From an uncultured Candidatus Saccharibacteria bacterium (GTDB taxonomy: Bacteria; Patescibacteriota; Saccharimonadia; Saccharimonadales; CAZLTB01), in NCBI GenBank assembly GCA_964562505.1, contig CAZLTB010000001.1, positions 2,024 to 66,023 of the forward strand: a stretch of DNA of 64,000 nt, in the 5' to 3' direction. A program made the position numbers and the translations under genes. Below are positions 58,262-64,000 of this stretch, one piece after another. How positions within the stretch are numbered: the first letter of the stretch is position 1; each line of letters opens with the position of its first letter. The notes under the pieces are model-generated. The model worked only from the letters and a program-made list of their open reading frames with translations, was not told the origin of the DNA and did no database searches.

Positions 58262-60034
58262 CTGCAACCTCAGCGCACAAGTTTATCTTGGCTGACAACC
58301 ACTCAGCGCATCCGGACTTGGTATGTGCTGCTTTTATTACTCAGCGCTGTTTTTATAGTACGTTTATTTTATCTCCAGATTATTAAACACGATTATTACC
58401 AGAAAGCCGCACTGCGTGACCAGCTAAAACAATATGAAATACCTCCCGCGCGTGGCGTCATTCAGGCTCATAGCGGTGACAAACTGTTGCCGATAGTGCT
58501 AAATGAGACTAAATACACCCTATTCGCTGATCCAAAATTCGTGAAAGACCCTAAATCAGCAGCTAATTCAGTAGCCGTCGCTATCGGCGGTAACGTCTCT
58601 GATTATGAAAAAATGATCAAAACACCGAATAGTCGTTATGTAGTTTTAGCCAAGAAGTTGGATAAAAACCAGAAGAGTAAAATTGACGCACTAAAAATTA
58701 AGGGTATTGGAACCAGGGAAGTACCACAGCGTACCTATCCTCAGGGAACCTTAGCAGCACAGTTACTCGGCTTTGTGAACGACGATAATGAGGGCAAATA
58801 TGGTTTAGAACAAGCGCTTGATCCTCAACTTAAAGGTACACCTGGCCAACTTAAAGCTATTACTGATGCTCAGGGAGTACCACTGGCCTCAAACAGGGAC
58901 AATGTAGTTACTGAACCAAAGGCTGGGGACAATGTTGTACTAACTATTGATATAGGTATGCAGCAACAACTAGAAGACATCCTAAAAACAGGTCTTGAAC
59001 ATGCAAAATCCAATTCTGGAAGCGCTCTTATTATAGATGTACGCACGGGTGCCATAAAGGCAATGGCCAACTATCCAACATATAATCCGGCTGAATTCTA
59101 TAAAACTGAAGATGCCAGGTTGTTTACCAATTCCGCTGCCAGTTCTCCACTTGAGGTTGGCTCAACCATGAAGCCACTGACAGCAGCGGCAGCGCTCGAT
59201 CAGGGAGTTGTCAATAAAAATACCACCTATTATGATCCGAGTCGCTGGCAGGTTGACGATGCAGTAATTACAAATATTGAGGAAGATGGTGGTGCGGGTA
59301 CACGCAGCATTGCCGACATCCTACAACTGTCTCTTAATACAGGCGCGACCTGGCTACTTATGCAAATGGGCGGTGGTCAAATTAATAAACAAGCGCGAGA
59401 TCGATGGCATGATTACATGGTTAATCATTATCAGTTCGGAAAGCTGACAGGCATAGAGCAAGGCTATGAGGCTGGCGGATCAATACCTGATCCAGATAAT
59501 GGATATGGGCTTAATATTCAATATGCCAATACAGCCTTCGGACAGGGAATGAGTGCAACACCACTTCAGATGTCTGCGGCTTTTGCTTCAGTACTAAATG
59601 GCGGTAAGTATTATCGTCCACATCTAGTTGAGGGCAGGTTAGATAATAACGGCAAAGAGATTATTAAGCAGCCCGAAATCCTAAACTCAAAAGTGGTAAA
59701 TAGTGACGTTAGCCATACTATACGTGACATTATGGAATACACCATAAATAAGAATTATCTAGTTTATGGAATGTCAAAGCCTCGCGCTGAATTCAGCATA
59801 GGTGGGAAAACTGGTACTGCAGAAATAGCTAAACCCAGTGGCGGCTACTATGATGATCGTTACAACGGTATGTTTATGGGCTTTGTCGGAGGCGATGAGC
59901 CCCAATATGTGATTGCTATCCGCGTCAATGAGCCGAAAATTGCCGGTTATGCTGGCTCAAAGGCGGCGGCACCTATATTTGGCAATGTGACCAACATGTT
60001 AATCAATAATTTCGGGGTTACCCCAAGAAACTAA
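58262..60034 (+). CDS. ftsI: Class B penicillin-binding protein FtsI/PBP3 (start probably CTG 58262; ORF track start GTG 58325)
   Basis: RLFYLQI, RG.I, R.YPQG, GLEQ, GSTMK (SxxK), SLN (SxN), KTGTAE. Confidence 0.93.
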   Translation: MQPQRTSLSWLTTTQRIRTWYVLLLLLSAVFIVRLFYLQIIKHDYYQKAALRDQLKQYEIPPARGVIQAHSGDKLLPIVLNETKYTLFADPKFVKDPKSAANSVAVAIGGNVSDYEKMIKTPNSRYVVLAKKLDKNQKSKIDALKIKGIGTREVPQRTYPQGTLAAQLLGFVNDDNEGKYGLEQALDPQLKGTPGQLKAITDAQGVPLASNRDNVVTEPKAGDNVVLTIDIGMQQQLEDILKTGLEHAKSNSGSALIIDVRTGAIKAMANYPTYNPAEFYKTEDARLFTNSAASSPLEVGSTMKPLTAAAALDQGVVNKNTTYYDPSRWQVDDAVITNIEEDGGAGTRSIADILQLSLNTGATWLLMQMGGGQINKQARDRWHDYMVNHYQFGKLTGIEQGYEAGGSIPDPDNGYGLNIQYANTAFGQGMSATPLQMSAAFASVLNGGKYYRPHLVEGRLDNNGKEIIKQPEILNSKVVNSDVSHTIRDIMEYTINKNYLVYGMSKPRAEFSIGGKTGTAEIAKPSGGYYDDRYNGMFMGFVGGDEPQYVIAIRVNEPKIAGYAGSKAAAPIFGNVTNMLINNFGVTPRN

Positions 60035-60062
60035 GAAGTAAGGTATAATACGTGTAACCGCT

Positions 60063-61103
60063 ATGTCGGAAACAATAAATCTTGTAGTAGAAACAAACAC
60101 CGCTCTTAGAATACTGCTCATCGGCTTCATGAGCTTTTTGCTCAGCATGTTGATTACTCCTATATATACTACCTTGGCTTACCGCTGGAAGTTGTGGAAG
60201 AAGCAACGGACCGAAGCATGGGATGGAGGCGAAGCTAGTGTTTACGCTAAGTTACATGCCGAAAAGCACAAACGCAATATACCAACCATGGCAGGTGTAA
60301 TATTTGTAGTATCAATAGGTCTCGTTACACTTTTAACTAACCTAAACCGTAGCGAAACCTGGCTTCCTCTAGCGGGTATGGTTGGCTCGGGCGCCATAGG
60401 TTTATTCGACGATTTGATTAATATCCGGGCCATTGGCCTGGGCATTGCAGGCATGAGAGCCAAAATTAAATTCGGATTACACAGTGCCGTAGCCTTAGCC
60501 GGGGGCTGGTGGTTCTACGACAAATTAGATGTGAGCAGCATAAATTTGCCGTGGGCGGGCCAGGTTCATATCGGAATATTTGTGGTCATTTTATTCTGGC
60601 TGGTAGTAATCGCCACTGCTAACGCCGTGAATATTACTGACGGATTGGATGGTTTAGCAGGTGGGTTGTTGGTTAGTTCATTCGCCGTATACACAATTAT
60701 TAGCGTTGTCGAAGCTAAGTACTTTCTGGCTGGCTTTTGTCTAAGTGTGGTTGGAGCACTGTTGAGTTACACTTGGTTTAATATATATCCGGCCAGGTTC
60801 TTTATGGGAGATGTAGGTTCATTCGCGCTTGGCACGGCCCTTGGTATTATCGCGATGCAGACTGATACTGTGTATGTTCTGCCAATAGTTGGAATTATTT
60901 ATGTTGCTGAGACAGGTTCAGTTATCATTAACCGATTATCCAAAAAGTTTCGTGGGGGCAAGAAGGTTTTTATATCTTCGCCGATACACCATCACTTTGA
61001 AGCTATAGGCTGGCCAGAAACAAAAGTCACAATGCGGTTTTGGATCTTAGGCCAAGTGGCAGGTTTTATGGGCCTAGTTATATTCCTGCTAGGGAGGGTG
61101 TAA
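60063..61103 (+). CDS. mraY: Phospho-N-acetylmuramoyl-pentapeptide transferase
   Basis: PTMAG, GLFDD, NAVNITDGLDGLA, FMGDVGS, PIHHHFE. Confidence 0.97.
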   Translation: MSETINLVVETNTALRILLIGFMSFLLSMLITPIYTTLAYRWKLWKKQRTEAWDGGEASVYAKLHAEKHKRNIPTMAGVIFVVSIGLVTLLTNLNRSETWLPLAGMVGSGAIGLFDDLINIRAIGLGIAGMRAKIKFGLHSAVALAGGWWFYDKLDVSSINLPWAGQVHIGIFVVILFWLVVIATANAVNITDGLDGLAGGLLVSSFAVYTIISVVEAKYFLAGFCLSVVGALLSYTWFNIYPARFFMGDVGSFALGTALGIIAMQTDTVYVLPIVGIIYVAETGSVIINRLSKKFRGGKKVFISSPIHHHFEAIGWPETKVTMRFWILGQVAGFMGLVIFLLGRV

Positions 61104-62356
61104 TGAATTTAAACGCCAGCAAGCCGCGTCGTCCCGTTATGCTGTCACGCGCGCAATCGCATCGCAGACACAGGCCTGATTATTTTCTACTGCTCATTGG
61201 CTTATTACTTTTAGCCCTAGGGCTGATTGTTGTTTATTCTATAAGTCCCGGTCTGAGTGCACAGAAGCACGTAAGTGAAAACTACTTCGTTACTAAGCAG
61301 CTTATAGCCATTGCGCTTGGAATAGCTGTGTTCGGAGTCGTGGCTACTATTCCGCTACAAAATTGGCGCAAGCTACAAAAGCCGTTGATAGCAGTTGCGG
61401 GTCTGGCTACGTTGGTGGCATTAGTTTTACCAACAAGTTCTGAATACCCAGCTCACAGGTGGATTCGGTTTGGTGGATTATCCCTGCAATCCGTTGAGCT
61501 TATTAAGTTTGCTTTGGTAGTTTGTCTGGCGGCATTTCTAGCAGATCGAGTACAGCAGGCAACTATGGCTGACTCAAGAAAAACACTCCAGCCCCTGTTA
61601 ATAATAATCGCTGTTCTTGGGGCAGTTGTAGCTATTGCGCAAGGCGATTTAGGTTCGGGTGGCGTACTTGTTGCAATAATGGCAGCCATGGGCTTTGTGG
61701 CTGGTCTACCAATGAAGAAGATAGTTCAAATAGGCGGAATTATAGCGATCGGGACCTTACTTGCTGTCTCTACCAGTGGCTATAGAAGGGAGCGCATATT
61801 CACCTTTTTGCACCCTGAAACTGACTGTCTAAGCGTTGGTTATCAAGCATGCCAAGCTCTTATAACGGTCGGGTCGGGCGGAATATTTGGCAAGGGCTTG
61901 GCCCATAGCGTACAAGCCTATGGCTATCTACCAGAAGCCGCTAATGATTCTATATTTGCCATATTTGCCGAAAAATTCGGATTTATTGGTGTAACGGCTT
62001 TGATCTGTTTGTTGATGGTCTTTTTTGCACGCTTAGTAAAAATTATGGAACGGGCGCCAGATGTTTTTTCGAGGTTAGTAGTGGCTGGCATACTAGCATG
62101 GCTAAGTACGCAGTCTATTATCAATATTGGTGCTATGATCGGCCTCTTACCACTTAAAGGCATCACTTTACCGTTTATTAGCTACGGGGGCACGAGTATT
62201 ATATTTGTTTTGGCGGCATTAGGCCTAGTATTCAATATTTCAAGGTATACTACTTATTCCGTAAATACCGAAACAGAAGGGAAGAGCTATGACAATTCTA
62301 TTGTCCGGCGGGGGAACAGGCGGCCATATTACGCCCATCTTAGCCGTCGCGCGTGA
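61103..62356 (+). CDS. ftsW: SEDS peptidoglycan polymerase FtsW
   Basis: HRWI..GGLSLQSVELIK, GSGG.FGKG, YLPEAANDSIF, GITLPFISYGGTS; start at ATG 61103. Confidence 0.95.
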   Translation: MNLNASKPRRPVMLSRAQSHRRHRPDYFLLLIGLLLLALGLIVVYSISPGLSAQKHVSENYFVTKQLIAIALGIAVFGVVATIPLQNWRKLQKPLIAVAGLATLVALVLPTSSEYPAHRWIRFGGLSLQSVELIKFALVVCLAAFLADRVQQATMADSRKTLQPLLIIIAVLGAVVAIAQGDLGSGGVLVAIMAAMGFVAGLPMKKIVQIGGIIAIGTLLAVSTSGYRRERIFTFLHPETDCLSVGYQACQALITVGSGGIFGKGLAHSVQAYGYLPEAANDSIFAIFAEKFGFIGVTALICLLMVFFARLVKIMERAPDVFSRLVVAGILAWLSTQSIINIGAMIGLLPLKGITLPFISYGGTSIIFVLAALGLVFNISRYTTYSVNTETEGKSYDNSIVRRGNRRPYYAHLSRRA

Positions 62357-63476
62357 ACTGAAACAGCTTGAGCCAAATTGCCGAATTGTTTACATTGGCG
62401 AGCGCGGAGGCAAATTTGCGCAGTTATTAGAAGGTCAAAAGGATATTGACGAAGTTCATAATATCTATGCCGGCAAACTTCGTAGATACTATGGGGAGTC
62501 ATGGCTGCACAAAGTATTTGATATAAAAACAAATATTTTAAATCTGAGAGATTTCTTTTTGCTTATCATTGGAACATTTCAGTCTATATGGCTTCTGGCA
62601 AAGATAAAGCCGGGCATTGTTTTCTTAAAAGGGGGTTTCGTGGGTGTACCGGTTGGCTTTGCATCGGTATTAAGACGAACACCTTTTATTACACATGATT
62701 CTGACATATTACCAGGCCTAGCAAATAGGATTGTCAGCCGTTGGGCGAGAATTCACGCTACTGGAATGCCAGCTAATTTTTACTCATATCCCAAAGATTC
62801 GACTGTATATACTGGTGTTTTGATAAGTGAAGCGTACAAGCCTATTACGCCCACTTTGCAACAAACCTACAGAACCGAGCTCAAATTACCGCCTGAGTCA
62901 CAATTCTTATTCGTAACGGGTGGTAGCCTGGGGTCTCTTAGGCTCAATGAAGCAATGAGAGAAATTCAAAAGAGGCTATTAGAAGATTATCCAAATCTTT
63001 ATATTGTTCATCAGGTTGGCAAAGGTAAGCAAATGCCGATTGACCTGCCTCTCGAGCTCAAACAGCGCTTGCATTTAGAAGAATTTCTGTCTGATCTGCA
63101 TATATACAGCGGTGCTGCTGACTTAATAGTTACAAGAGCGGGAGCAACCAATTTAGCGGAATTTGGGGCTCAGGGTAAGACGTGCATAGTTGTGCCTAAT
63201 CCGCTGCTTACTGGCGGGCACCAACTAAAAAATGCTGAATACCTAGAGTCAAAAGAGGCAGTAATAACTATTCCGGAAAACGCTTTTAAAACAGATGCTG
63301 TAGCTCTCAATTCAGCTATCAGAAGCTTGCTTGATGATCCGGGCAAGCGTCAGGAACTAGGCAATAAATTGCAATCAATAACAGTAACAGATGCTGCCGA
63401 AAAACTCGCATCCCTTTTAATGGAAACAGTCAACAGGCTATCCGATGTTCAGGAAAAAGCAACAGGACCCAAATAA
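62289..63476 (+). CDS. murG: Lipid II GlcNAc transferase
   Basis: GGGTGGHITP, GGFVG, HDSD..PGLAN, GGSLGS, RAGAT, HQLKNA. Confidence 0.96.
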   Translation: MTILLSGGGTGGHITPILAVARELKQLEPNCRIVYIGERGGKFAQLLEGQKDIDEVHNIYAGKLRRYYGESWLHKVFDIKTNILNLRDFFLLIIGTFQSIWLLAKIKPGIVFLKGGFVGVPVGFASVLRRTPFITHDSDILPGLANRIVSRWARIHATGMPANFYSYPKDSTVYTGVLISEAYKPITPTLQQTYRTELKLPPESQFLFVTGGSLGSLRLNEAMREIQKRLLEDYPNLYIVHQVGKGKQMPIDLPLELKQRLHLEEFLSDLHIYSGAADLIVTRAGATNLAEFGAQGKTCIVVPNPLLTGGHQLKNAEYLESKEAVITIPENAFKTDAVALNSAIRSLLDDPGKRQELGNKLQSITVTDAAEKLASLLMETVNRLSDVQEKATGPK

Positions 63477-64000
63477 CAGAGAACCAACTAGGCCGCAATT
63501 TTCGGCATCTGTGTTTTCTTATTATTCAAGTCGTTCTGCCCGTAGTGGCGAGCGTCAATCTAAAGATGCGGCTGACACTTCAAAGAGGCCAGTTAATCGA
63601 TGGTTTAGACTTCTGCCCTCAATATTGGCACTGATAATAATCGTGAGCTGTATCTTTTACGCCACAAGTTTAAGTAATCAACCTAAAATCCAAATTAATC
63701 GTTCTAGCAATACGCAGCTGTTGCGCAGTGCTGAATTTTACCAACACGCAGCCTCAAAAATAATGAGTAGTTCTGTTTTTAATCGCAGTAAGCTAATCAT
63801 CGATACGGACAAGTTTGCCAAGCAACTAGAGTCAGAGTATCCCGAACTCGGTAAGGTTTCCGTCATAATACCACTAATAAGCCACAGGCCAATTGTTGTA
63901 GTTCAGCCAGCTGAACCAGTAATGGTGTTATCAACTAAAAACGGCAACTATATTGTAGATGAACAGGGTAGGGCATTAATAAAGGCAGAGGCTGCTAAAA
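63445..64000 (+). CDS. Probable FtsQ/DivIB-like protein (runs off the 3' end of the window)
   Basis: Not in the ORF track because it has no stop in the window. ATG 63445 gives MFRKKQQ...VFSYY, a TM (LLPSILALIIIVSCIFY), then a POTRA-like KQLESEYPEL..VSV and YIVDEQG. Position after murG fits. Confidence 0.7.
   Translation, partial: MFRKKQQDPNNREPTRPQFSASVFSYYSSRSARSGERQSKDAADTSKRPVNRWFRLLPSILALIIIVSCIFYATSLSNQPKIQINRSSNTQLLRSAEFYQHAASKIMSSSVFNRSKLIIDTDKFAKQLESEYPELGKVSVIIPLISHRPIVVVQPAEPVMVLSTKNGNYIVDEQGRALIKAEAAK

Noticed and set aside
385-62532. Numerous 60-160 aa antisense or alternate-frame ORFs in the track
   Set aside because: They lie within or largely overlap well-supported genes and show no motifs; treated as shadow ORFs.
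1-64000. Alternative genetic code (UGA read as Gly, as in Gracilibacteria)
   Set aside because: parA, msrA and ftsE end at TGA at the expected lengths, and RF2 with its SPF motif is intact.

Overview
A gene-dense, almost entirely plus-strand 64 kb segment of a bacterial chromosome. Gene content and order point to a Patescibacteria/CPR genome, most likely Saccharibacteria (inference): rpsB-tsf-frr-uppS-rseP-proS without pyrH/cdsA/dxr, a dcw cluster without Mur ligases, alpha2-type GlyRS, class I LysRS and large Ser/Thr/Gly-rich surface proteins. The standard genetic code is supported by TGA stops and an intact RF2. Most genes are housekeeping (parAB, translation factors, synthetases, secA, ftsEX, pyrG, xseAB, recO, dcw). 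No rRNA, tRNA, CRISPR array, transposase or phage gene was recognised. Main leads: (1) a divergent heliorhodopsin-like protein next to msrA; (2) a His-less kinase plus an Asp-to-Glu receiver, translationally coupled to recO; (3) four scattered accessory genes (FHA protein, actinobacterial-type LysM protein, zinc-finger protein, one interrupted ORF) sharing a near-consensus TTGAC-N17 promoter, three with TATGCTA half-sites, suggesting a possible host-interaction regulon; (4) an 18-blade Kelch-like surface protein with one Cys pair per blade; (5) a 169-bp multibranch palindromic element; (6) pervasive near-leaderless gene starts; (7) small ORFs and a probable CTG start in the dcw cluster. All family calls come from motif recognition by eye; no database search was run.
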